Below, piece by piece: positions 24,301 through 35,500 of a DNA stretch of 64,000 nucleotides. Position 1 is the first letter of the stretch; each line of letters begins with the position of its first letter. The stretch comes from Acanthaster planci (lineage: Eukaryota), in assembly GCF_001949145.1 (NCBI RefSeq), contig NW_019091356.1, positions 4,508,934 to 4,572,933 on the forward strand, given 5' to 3'. The position numbers and the translations under genes were made by a program. The notes under the pieces are model-generated. The model worked only from the letters and a program-made list of their open reading frames with translations, was not told where the DNA came from and searched no databases.

Positions 24301-27300
24301 TAAGGCAGGATCCTTCATCACTGGCCATCATTGAAATCAAATCCTCCATGAGGCATGAGTGGAAACTCAACTTGAAAGATGACAATTCCTGTAATACTTC
24401 AAACTGAAGGCAAAGCAATCACAAAACTATATAAAAAAACAGCTTTTCTGGTCTGCTTTTGGCCAAAAATTGTTGTGCTTAATAAATGAGAAATGTTTGT
24501 TTGTTCTTGTTCCCTGCAAGTTACTCACAAGCATGAAGTGCCTCGTCTAGTCTGATGGAGTCCAGAATACTGAAGGGGTTCCACACCTCGCCTCTCTCAA
24601 ACTCCTTACAGTAGAACCAATGGGGCTGCACAGGTTGGTAAGGGGTACCACCTGGGACAGGAGAGCCACCTGTCTGGGGTCCAGCTACCTGCATCTGGTG
24701 CAGGTCAGCAGAAGTGGGGGGCGGCCTTGAAGAATCAAACTTCAAAAAGAACAAGATGTGAACATTTTATAATGAAGGTGTGAAATCTCAAGGTTATAAC
24801 ATTGGAATTAAAAATATGTGAAGATTTTTTAGGTGTTTTTGTCCCAACTGGCTCTTGTCAAGAACTGCTTTTTCAACTGTCAAAAGGTATTTCAAGGACT
24901 TCTTATCATGAAAGAAATCACCTGGTGAAGTAAACTCACCACTGGGCGACTTGGTGGCCCAGAAGGTGGGGCTCCTGATGGGGGTCCACCCAAGGGGAAT
25001 GTTTCCACAATGGGTGCACTTGTAGAGGGTGCTGATGCTGAGATGCCTGCAGGGTGAAGTACTGGTCGGTACCCTTGTCCAAGCTTGACCCCTCCAAAGC
25101 CCCCTGTACGCCCCGCAGAAGGCCCTGTGGGGGGAGGTGCATTGGGATCACGGGGCACCGACATGGGCGGGGGCCCAGGCTGGATGGCAGGGGTGCTCGC
25201 AGGAGGACCACCATAGTACTCCTGCGTTGAAGGTGGGGCAGCTGGACTAGAGAAGCTGACAGGTTGGTGGGAGGATGACGGGGCAATCAGAGGGGGTTGG
25301 TTTGGATTGGCAGGAACAGAGGTGGTACTCTGCTGGGTATGTGTAGGGATGGATGCTGGTTGGCTGATGTTGGCAAAAGGGTCTGAGACACTTGAAGATG
25401 TTGTAGTTGTGAAGAAGGGTACTTGTGGTTGGGTTGTCTGGCTTCCAGGAAGCTCAGCTGTCTGGCCAAGGAAATTGTCTGCTTCACCTTCTTCTGTAGG
25501 AACAAAAATAACTTTCTGAGGAAGAGTTCCATGCCTTAATATTACTAAACAACCCATGCAAAAACCCTTCGAAATTGGTCTGAAAAATTTTGAGTAAATA
25601 CTTTGATAGTTTCCCTACAAATTTGACTCTTTACAAGGCTACTACTGTCTGACGGCTGACATACCACCATAGCAAAAAATTTGGGAAAGAGTTCCATACA
25701 CAGATGCCACTGAAACCCAGTGTACAAACCCTATGAATCTGGTGTGAAAAACCTGAAGTCTTTTCTAAGTAAACAGGCAACTTCACTATTTTCACTGCTG
25801 AGTTTGATTTTTTAGGAAAATTTCATTGCTTTCAGATGTCCATAGGTCGACCCATGCAGGACAAATTTGTGGCATCTGTAAGCCTATGTGGAATTCTTTC
25901 TAAACATTGCCAAAATTTGTGATACCTGTGTATGGAACTCATCCCAACTGTTATGTGGCTCACCTGGAAAATTTCACCTTCAGTTTATGGATTATCTGAT
26001 AATCTGATAAGCCAATTTCCCATTCCGTCACCATGTTGATTTTAGCGCCCCCCCCCCCGGAGTAAGTGAACAAAGCTAGAGGGGAACAAATTGTCTATGT
26101 AACTGGGAAAAATGGCACACTAAGGGGGAACTCACAAAACAACAACAAAAAAACCCAAAATCTCTGACTAAACAAGGACTTTTGAAGGAAAGGTCACAGG
26201 AAACTGCGTAAATAGACTCAGACACCAATATTTGACTTAAAAAAAGGACAAAAAGAATTTACTAAAAAGTACCCAAACAATGAAAAAACCAAAGGGGCCA
26301 AAAGACTTCACACCAAAAGACTAAAACTTTAAAGGACTAAAACCCAACACAGTGTGTGAAATGGACCGTATGAGTATACACTCAGACTTCAATCACTGAC
26401 TTCTAGCAGAATAGGGCTCAAGCAGAAAAACCACACTCCAGTTAGGAGGAACAATACATAGGTACATGTGAAGGTGACTGGCCTCTGCTGATCTGCTACA
26501 CGAAGTGTGGCCAGACTAGGGGAAGCTGGGGCTTAAACAAATAAACAGGGGGACACACTACTAAAAAAATCAAGAACTCTAAACAAAAGCTAAACACTTT
26601 ATGTAAAAAAGTGTACTAAAAAACACTTGTTTCTGGCTCTGCCACATCTACAACAATACCAATTGCGAGCAAATGCTCGCCAAATGTTATGCAAGCAACG
26701 TTGTTGTCATTAATTTATTTGCTCCCCTCTGTTAAATCTTCTCAGCATGCGCACATGGATGGAATGTGAAAAAACTTGGTTTTCGAATTAAACCACCCCA
26801 AAACATTTTTCAACTTTCAATATTTTATTTGGCAATGCAGATGGCGTAATGATGTTATGTAGCATGACTTGGTCGGGGCTGGGCATGCTGGGGCATGGGG
26901 TTCTGAAGCTGAATCATGATCAGCATAGTCGGCATGGTCGGTAAAGGCAGCCTCCGCCAGGAAATATCACACAAACTTAGGTGGTAGTTTGGGGCGTGGG
27001 TTCTCCTACAACTTACAAATTTCAAAAGTGCCAGCAAGCATTATGATACCCCCCCAACAGGAGAAACCTAGTAGAATGATTCATAAACTCCTAAGTTCCG
27101 CCCTTGCCCAAGAAATCCGATGCAATGACTACTATACTGGCCTCCAGGCTTTCAGATATCTCTAGCCATGCTAGGCGCTTGGCCTATGCCATCACCCAAG
27201 ATAGACGAAAGGTGATAAAACGCATAGGCCTACCGTATTTTGATGATTTTCAATATTAAATCCCAATACAAACGAGCAAAAGTTACCCACCTGTTGGAAA

Positions 27301-27402
27301 AAGAGATGCTGTCGCTGGAACCGGTCTTAGCGCGTCCGGTGCCAAACTATCACTGGCAGGAAAAAGTAGTAAGGGCGGAGGATTCTGATTCGGATCGGCC
27401 AT
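18373..27402 (-). CDS. SEC23IP: SEC23-interacting protein / DDHD2-like intracellular phospholipase A1 (Pro-rich N-terminus, WWE-like, lipase, SAM and DDHD domains), 995 aa
   Basis: 16 exons on the minus strand: 27402-27291, 25493-24940, 24739-24529, 24123-23927, 23824-23617, 23331-23242, 22956-22815, 22475-22267, 22167-21914, 21708-21613, 21170-21014, 20661-20495, 20194-20089, 19725-19492, 19138-19006, 18490-18373 (2988 nt, in frame). Motifs: [32 protein letters not shown], catalytic [74 protein letters not shown]. The Pro-rich N-terminus with [11 protein letters not shown] favours SEC23IP over DDHD2; it is probably the single pre-duplication co-orthologue. Confidence 0.93.
18685..18861. mobile_element. 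hAT-like MITE in the last intron of the DDHD gene
   Basis: 20-bp TIRs AAGTGTTGTAGGCGAGACCA / TGGTCTCGACTACAACACTT (1 mismatch), flanked by 8-bp near-duplicates TATCAACA (18677-18684) and CATCAACA (18862-18869). Confidence 0.8.
21429..21567. repeat. About 77-bp tandem duplication in a DDHD intron
   Basis: GTTCTACCTTC...AATCCTA...GACCTCCA...GATGGTTAAGGTTAGTGTACTT occurs twice. Confidence 0.8.
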
Positions 27403-27549
27403 GTTTTCTCCCTTTCCTCAGCACGACACGTCATATAAAAGGTCGCCAATGGAGGGCGCTATTCGTGTCAGATTTAGTCTTGCGATCGACTCATTCATAT
27501 ACCTGTGACGTGTTGGGAACCAGACTATGCGAAATCTGAGCGTAAAAAG
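27403..27549. promoter_or_regulatory. Bidirectional promoter shared by the SEC23IP/DDHD-like gene and MOB4
   Basis: Only 147 bp separate the two divergent ATGs. The interval is CpG-rich, with CRE half-sites (CACGTCA about 27427, TGACGT about 27506), ATATAAAA at about 27433, and a YY1-like AAGATGGCCG overlapping the MOB4 start. Confidence 0.8.
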
Positions 27550-30500
27550 ATGGCCGACATAGCAGACATCGCGGACAATTTGGTGCTCCGGAGGATCCGG
27601 CCGGGCACAAAATCTGAGGTAGGTTGATCGATTCTTACAGTGGATTACGACCCATTGATGTTTTGTTTTTTTGTTGCTGATATTTTTATGTGAAACATTC
27701 GTGTAGATTTACCAAACATGTTACTCTATTGTTGCACGTCAAAACAGCACGCACCCATTATACCCATCTGCCCTTTCTCATTAGTACTGCAGATGCGGGG
27801 AGGGGGCGTGGCATTGATAGAAGGGTGCATTTTGCAATTCTGTTGGTGCGTGCAGTGGAAGGCAAAATATGTTTTTAGACTGTAACTCCCAAGTTGTGGC
27901 TTCAGGATAAATTGCGAACTTGTGCTTGGCAAAATCAGTTGATCTGCAAAATTATCGTGGCAGATCTAGGCGTAGTAAGGCCCCTAGTACTAAGTACTAG
28001 TAGTAGGCCTAGGCCAGTAGTAGTTATTACCAGTCGTCATCTCATGGTCGATATCAGTGATAGGTACTGTTGTGATCAATCCTTTTTGTAGAGTCTATTG
28101 ACATTTCTGCCTTCACCTGCTCATCTTTTCTTACCAACATGTCTAATTAACCATTTTGAATTCATGTGCTGAAAAGAAGAAACAAGGAGGAATGACTGAT
28201 TGTGCATTGTCATGAACCAGTTGTGCAGGTCAGCAAATTGGGCCCAACACATGTGAACTGTTCACAGATCAAGTAGCAATACATTAAAAAATCAGCATAA
28301 CCCACACTTCGTGACTGATTCAACAATTTTGCTTCCATCTCAAACCAGGATTTTCACAACTGGGTTGACCAGTCATTTGAGGAGATGGACAGCACTTTAG
28401 CAGTCCAACAGGTAGAGTTCATGATATTTATATTGTAAATAATTATTAAATAAAAATAATGTACAAATTGTTTGTGGTTTGAAAAAGAGAGTAGTTATTT
28501 TCCAGATTTTTCCAAAGATACGAGTGATCGTGGAGTCAAATTGCAGTTTGTCCTTTGTTTCCTCTACAGTACATTCAACAAAACATTCGGAATGCAATCA
28601 AGAACATTGATTTCATCTTGGAGGCTCCAGAAGGTCAAGATGAAGGAGTTTGGAAGTACGAGCATCTACGACAATTCTGTCTAGAGCTTAATGGACTTGC
28701 AGTCAAACTTCAGGTAAACTGCTGCTAGCTAAGGTGAAATGCAGGATTTGTTTGATGGAAAGTCAAACTTCACTTAAATTGCTGCCAACCAAGGTGCATG
28801 TAAGATTTGTTTTTTGGGCGGTCAACTTCAGGTAAATCATTGCTAAGGTGAAATGCAGGATTTGTCACCTTACGTATGAGACCTTCAGCCTTCCAAAATA
28901 AGTGTTCAGGCAAGTTTTGGTATAATGACTTCGTCCTCAACGGAGCAGTCTAGAGTATTACCATATATGGGCATAGTGACCCTTCTTATACTGATAGAGC
29001 AATCTTTGTCAAAATACAATTTCAAATATCTCAAGTTGGCAATGACTAATTTTAAATTCCATTGGTACAAACTTGTTTTAGAACTTCTAGTTTATGTTTG
29101 TAGTCAGCTTTTTTTTGCACAGCCAGTCAAATTTTTGTAATTGAAATTTATTTTTACTCCATATGCTGCAACATGTAAGAAAACCACTCTGTAACATGGA
29201 AACACCCATGCAATCTGTTGCAGGCTGCTAGAACAAGCCTTGTGATTGGTCAGATTACGTGAGATTTTAATGTAATAGGCTGTCCAAATATGGTTATACT
29301 CCAGACTGATGAGGTTTGCTTCTATGTCTTTTATCGACTGACAGACTGAGTGTAATCCCGACACCTGTACCCAAATGACAGCAACTGAGCAGTGGATCTT
29401 CCTATGTGCTGCACACAAGACTCCCAAAGAGGTTGGTTTTTGTAGAAGCTCTTGGCCTGTTGGCATTTTGTGAGCTAAATCCTGAATTGATTGATGTGGG
29501 AAAATCTTGCAGTGGGTTCTGTAGTACTCAGCTGGTTAGGTCTGAATGTTATTATTTCATTCATGAGTGCATATTCAACCTTGACACCCTTGTCACATTT
29601 CTAGTGACCTGCTAGACCACAATGTTTGTAAGCTTTCAAAGAGTATCAAGTCCAGTGCAAGGTATAATGGTGGTTCTACCTTCTGAAATCAGCTTAATTC
29701 CTGTGAAACTACTTTGTGGATTAGCCAGGATTGACTGATTGATTGATTTGAAGGGATTGACTTTTGCTTGATGACATATTGGAACTCTTTGTACCTCTAG
29801 TGCCCTGCCATTGACTATACGAGGCATACATTGGATGGAGCAGCCTGCTTACTCAATAGCAACAAGTATTTCCCTAGCAGGTAATGCTCTTTCACTGTCA
29901 TTAATTCATGGTGTTTAAAAGTATAAAAGCTGTTTGCAATAAGTCATCCTGAAAATGTTTCTTCACTAGAAAAGATCCAATTGAATGGATAAACAGTAAT
30001 CCTGTCAAAGACGAGTTGAATGAGGATGCCCTATTGTCTGTACTACATTATAAAGCAGATCTTTGAAAAGTAAAAGACACATTTGCAGTGTGACTGAGGT
30101 TTCCTTCAAATGAACGGTGATTATGAATGTGGATTTTGTGTTCTTGGTGGCAGCATATTTCTTCCTCCTGCCCCTCTATCCAAAGCCAAAGAAATTTTAA
30201 GTATTGAAAACTATTTTGAAATTCAACAGAATTTCTTGGGAATTGTTAAGAATGAGAGGTTAATCCCTGTTTACTTTCTACATTTGACTGATTTGGTCAG
30301 GGTCAGCATCAAGGAGTCATCGGTAGCCAAGCTGGGTTCTGTCTGCCGTAGGATATATCGGATATTCTCACATGCCTACTTTCATCACAGAGTGCTGTTT
30401 GATGAGTATGAAGTAAGCCATTAATAGTTCACAGTTGAAGTCACCAGTTCACGATCCCTAGAATCGTGAAGTAAAGTTAGAGAAATCCCTTTTGGGGACG

Positions 30501-30914
30501 TGTCTGAAGGAGGATTCTTGGTCTATGATGTTTCAGGTGTCTTGTCCAGACACATAGCTTCCCAAGTTATCATGAAAATGTTGGCAGAGGCATTGAATTC
30601 CGAGTTGGTAGCACTAACCATAAGACCTCTACACATTTTTGTCCAGTAGAGACTTTCTGATCTCTCCCTAAATATATGCACTTAACCAATGACATGTTCT
30701 TTCACTGGGCACCGATTCTTTGTACATTACAAGAAGTTGGCACAGAGAAATTTTGTGAATCATTTTACAGAATGAGACTTACCTCTGCCGACGCTTCACC
30801 ACGTTTGTCACCAAGTATAACCTGATGTCAAAGGACAACCTCATCGTGCCTATCCTGGAGCAGAACAAGACCGAGTTGGAAATAGCTGAAACTCCCTCCG
30901 AATCATCAGCTTAA
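27550..30914 (+). CDS. MOB4: MOB kinase activator-like protein phocein (STRIPAK component), 232 aa
   Basis: Exons 27550-27618, 28349-28411, 28570-28713, 29345-29431, 29801-29880, 30301-30412, 30771-30914 (699 nt). Diagnostic near-invariant peptides: [116 protein letters not shown]. Confidence 0.97.
28702..28866 (+). repeat. About 60-bp tandem repeat x3 spanning the MOB4 exon 3 donor
   Basis: Units begin GTCAAACTTCA at 28702 and 28762, and GTCAACTTCA at 28821; they share AAGGTG...AGATTTGT/GGATTTGT. Confidence 0.8.
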
Positions 30915-31183
30915 TGAATTAATACTTATGCTTCACACAATGCAAAGCAAATGTAGGCTATCAAGGCCTAGGTCTCCCAGTCATCTGCAAAGAAGCCACA
31001 CCGTCCAGTGCTTGTTTTGTTTAGTTTATTTGGGCAAAATGGAAGGTATGCACCTTGTTACATGTTCAAAAATTGCATAGTCCTCCCCCCTGATCTCGAC
31101 TCTATCTCTTGTTGAAAACCAGGGGCCAATTTTATGGCACAGCAGAGAAAGGACATTTGCTAAGCATACAAATATATGCATAA

Positions 31184-31275
31184 GACCTTTTCACACGAGC
31201 GCTGATAACAGAGGTCCTATGCTATGAAATCACATCGATGTTACAATGGCAGTGATATCGTGTCGTGTGAAGGTC
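31184..31275. mobile_element. Short MITE-like inverted repeat in the MOB4 3' region
   Basis: GACCTTTTCACACGA ... TCGTGTGAAGGTC (match with a 2-nt indel), preceded by TAA. Harbinger-like, by inference. Confidence 0.45.
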
Positions 31276-32584
31276 AACCTCCGTCAAAAATATATATATA
31301 TGTATATATAATCGTCCTCTGTAGGAAGTAGACATTGTGTAACCAACATTTACTCAGAAATTGTGAAACTGTATTAGAAAGTAAGCCGTGAATAGTGCGC
31401 AAATATTAATAAAGGGGATTCTTTAAAAAACAATACAGGCAATTCACAATGCAGTGCGCCACCAAGAGGTTATCACGGAGAGGCCTTTTTGCAGTTCTTT
31501 ATGGGCTAGTCGACAAAGTCTCATTCACTTACTCTGCTGTGCATGAAAAACTTTAACTATTTCAGAAAGTTTGTTTATTTTGGTTGAAAATTCAATATTG
31601 CTCATTGAGAATTGGTGTTAGGTTGTTCAAAATGATGGTTTGTGTGGTGCAGGAAATGCCTATGTATGAAGTGCGCTTAATCGCGGCAGTGTGTTGACCG
31701 TAACCTTGAAAAGTGGCCCGTCTGCAGCAAACTCTTGAAAAGTGGCCTGTCTGCAGCAAACTCTTGGTGGCGTGCTGTATTGTGAATCGCCTGTGTTACT
31801 GGCAGCTTTACAATTCCAAAGCATTGAAATTTCCGGTGCAAATATGTGTGTCATTGCCTTGTGTGTGTTAGGCTCTTTACTCTTTTCTTTTGAGAAAAGT
31901 TTGACAATGATAGGTTGTTTGTTGTTTTTGTGCATTAATTATGTTCCCTGGAAGAAAGTGGTTAAAACTTTCTTTACTCGTAAATCATATTTCTTAAGTG
32001 TATAGAATGTGGTTATTTATTTGGATATTGTTTTCAGCAATAAACAAGTGAGAGACTTGTTGAAAAGAAGACTTTTGATTTCTTTCGTGAATGTTTTTTT
32101 TGTAAAATTGAAGGTTCCAGTGCTGGTTATCACTTTCGTCTCTCCCGAGACTAAAATGACAAAAAGTTTAATTGATGGGGAAAACCAATCAGTTGTATGG
32201 CCCACTTAAAAGTCCATGCAGTGCTATAAAATTCTCAAGTAGTATTTTCTCATCCCAAGTTATTATGTCATTGAAATCTAACTTCTCTTTGGATTCACAC
32301 GTAAGTTTGGTCCTTTTTATACACACCAGCAACAATATTGTTGCTGGTAGAAAAGATTACAGGAAGATAGGATTGTTTTGATGAGGTTCGGTATCACCCT
32401 CAAGTGTGGTTATCTTCTTGCGTCTACGTACCCCACCAGCGTAATCTTCAGCAGTGACGGTAAAATATGATAAAACATTTGATGAATTTTATTGAAGTTT
32501 GATGGACACCTATGACGCATATTCATTTCAAATTGTCTGTTGAAAATCACTTGTTGGACCTGCATTAGTTGATCAATCCTGGAA

Positions 32585-35500
32585 ATGTCTACTCCAAAGA
32601 TGAGCAGTTTGTGGAATTCATTCAAGGGATGGTGAGTACCGATTGATTTGTTGTGGATGCAAGTCGTTTATCTTGAATTTAAAGTCATAGGAAAATCCTT
32701 GCAGCATTTGTTCCAGTAGGAAGGTATTTTATGAATAATATGATATCGGAGCAGTTCTCTAGGATGGTTTTCTATTGTGCAGTTTGGAATAAAACATGCA
32801 TGTTTAATCATTCTGATTTATCAGTTGACGTGTTGAATCCATAGGTCGCTAAAGAACAAACCTGATGACAGCAGACCAATACTTGCCTCATCACCCCTCG
32901 AAGGAGAGAGCTACAAACTGGAAGATGTTTTTTATATGGAAGAGGAGATGCAGTCCATGGATCCTGCTGGACCTGGGCCTTGCCCAGAGACGGGCATTGA
33001 GGAACCTGTCGTACCCAGGAGGCAGAGACGTAGTTCCTTTGTGGCAATGGATAGGAGGATAACACTATTGTGGAATGATGTGTGGGTGCAGACAAAGGTG
33101 AAGAGGAGAGGGAAGATTTGTGAGAAGATTTGTGGGAGGCTGGAGGAGCGACCCAAAGTGATACTAAGAGGAGGTGGGTCTTGGATTGTCTCAAACTTCT
33201 CTAAGATAGCGTCTCTCTTTTGGTACATTGTGTCACATACGTGCATAATTGCATATGGTACCTTTTATCGTCACTATTCTTTAACTTAACCTCTGAGTTC
33301 TTGTTTCCAGTGAGTGGTTTAGCAAGACCAGGGAATCTGATTGCTATTATGGGAGCAAGGTGAGAAATTTGTCTTCAATCCAAATATAATTTATTTCTCA
33401 GTAAGTTTAAAATGTTACAAATTTATGTTAATTTTTAATATCATTATCTTACTGTGTGGGAAATTGTTTGAACACTTGCTCTATCATTTCTGAGTTCATT
33501 CATATATTTCTGCAGTGGCGCTGGCAAATCAACCCTGATGAATGTTTTGACTGAGCACAGTCTTGGAAGCTTAGAGGTCAGAGGTCAAGTATCAGTGAGT
33601 GATTCAATTAAAATACTACCATACATGGATGAGGTATCAACGTATATCCAACAGGAGGATGTGTTTGTTGGATCCCTCACCGTCAGAGAGCATCTCATTC
33701 TTCAGGTGTGTAATTTTTGTTTGTGTTGAAAAGATCTTAGAACTTCACTGTAAATGGCCTGGATTCTTCTACCAAAATCGAAAGATGACTCGCTTGATTG
33801 TGATTATCCAATTTAACATCCACATTACCAAAATCACATCTAAACCAGAAATATCATCTGTGATTATGTTGTTATTAAAGATATAGCATCACATCCAATG
33901 GTATCCTCTTTCACTGTCTTGCTACCAAGGCAGGAACTGAAAACAAGACATTTGGACTGCTGTTCTGGTTCCATGAATCTGAGCCTTCAGGATTCGTGGT
34001 GGTATCTTCTTAGTTTGAGTGGCCAGTAAAGAATTATTGCTGTATTTTATATCTCTGAATTAAACACCTTCGAGAGCTGTTAAAACAGTTGGTGAAGTGG
34101 AATGTTGGATTTGTTCCAGGCGAGACTGAGGATGTCAAGAGGAATCAGTTTGGAAAGAAAGTTAGAACGTGTGGAGGATATCCTGGAGCAGGTGAGGCAA
34201 GTTTAGAAATGAATGGATGAATTGGAGAGATGTACTTCTGGGTAGATTCCAGTTTTGAATGATAGTATGACTGTCTACATAGGCACCCAGCTAAGGATTC
34301 ATCCCAAACGTGACAATTTTGCTGTTGAATTTTTTTAAAGCTATCACTAGTGAAATGTGCAGATTCAAGGATTGGTAATCCGAAGACATCTGGAATATCG
34401 GCCGGGGAGAGAAAGCGGCTGTCATTTGCATCTGAGGTCAGTTTATCATTTCCATTTGTCATTTCCAAGCAGTAGTGACAAGCATTGTACAAGCAAGCAT
34501 CAGAGAAAATACTTGACAAGGGATATTAATTAATAGGTTGTGAATTGTACAAGGGCTTTCCTGTCATCATTAATTGTTCCTGTGTTTGGCCACTTTTACT
34601 TCTGTCTTCCTCTTCCAAATGCTGTTTCATTCTTTGTCCCAGCTTCTGACCAACCCACCACTTCTCTTCTGTGACGAGCCTACATCTGGTCTGGATTCCT
34701 ACATGTCTGAGACGCTAATCAGTATGTTACGTCAACTTGCTCTTGAAGGCCATACTATTCTCTGCACCATTCACCAGCCATCGTCAGATATCTACTCCAT
34801 GTTTGACCGGTAAGAGATGCCCAGACTGCAGAAATCTGAATGAACTTAAACAAATCTTGTGTCATCTCTTGGAGTGGAAGCAGGGAAAAGAGGGCCAGTC
34901 CTTCCCCCCCCACACACACTTTTGGCAGGTAGGTCCTGTGATGGTGTGGGGCTTAATGGATTAATCTATTAAATACCTGATGGTCTCGCTACTCGCCCCC
35001 ATTTTGAAAACCACTCCACTGCTATTAATTACATATCACACTATGTCTGTGATATTTGACCAGAAATGCACGAGTGTATTTCTGTTTATACCCAGTTTGA
35101 TCCTGATTGCTGACGGACGATGTGCTTATCAAGGCGATGTAGACAAGGCAGTGGCTTATTTCGCCAGACTTGGTTACCAGTCACCTGATGATTACTGCCC
35201 TGCTGATTTCTTCATTGACACACTTTCCATCAGACCTGGCGAAGAAAAAAACTGCCACAGCAGAGTCGATGTAAGAGGCCATTCATCAAAATCAAAACTA
35301 AAATATGATCACCATAAACTCTTGGTTAACCATGTACACTTAGCTGCAGACTGACTCTTTTCAAATTGATTGCTTTCTGAAAGCATTTACAGACCAGTAA
35401 TGCATTAATGTGATACAGGAGTCGGGATGTACTAAATGTCCTCCGATATTTTTGCTGTTTTTTGTAACATTTGAGTGTGATGTGTTCCTGGTCTTCAGGT

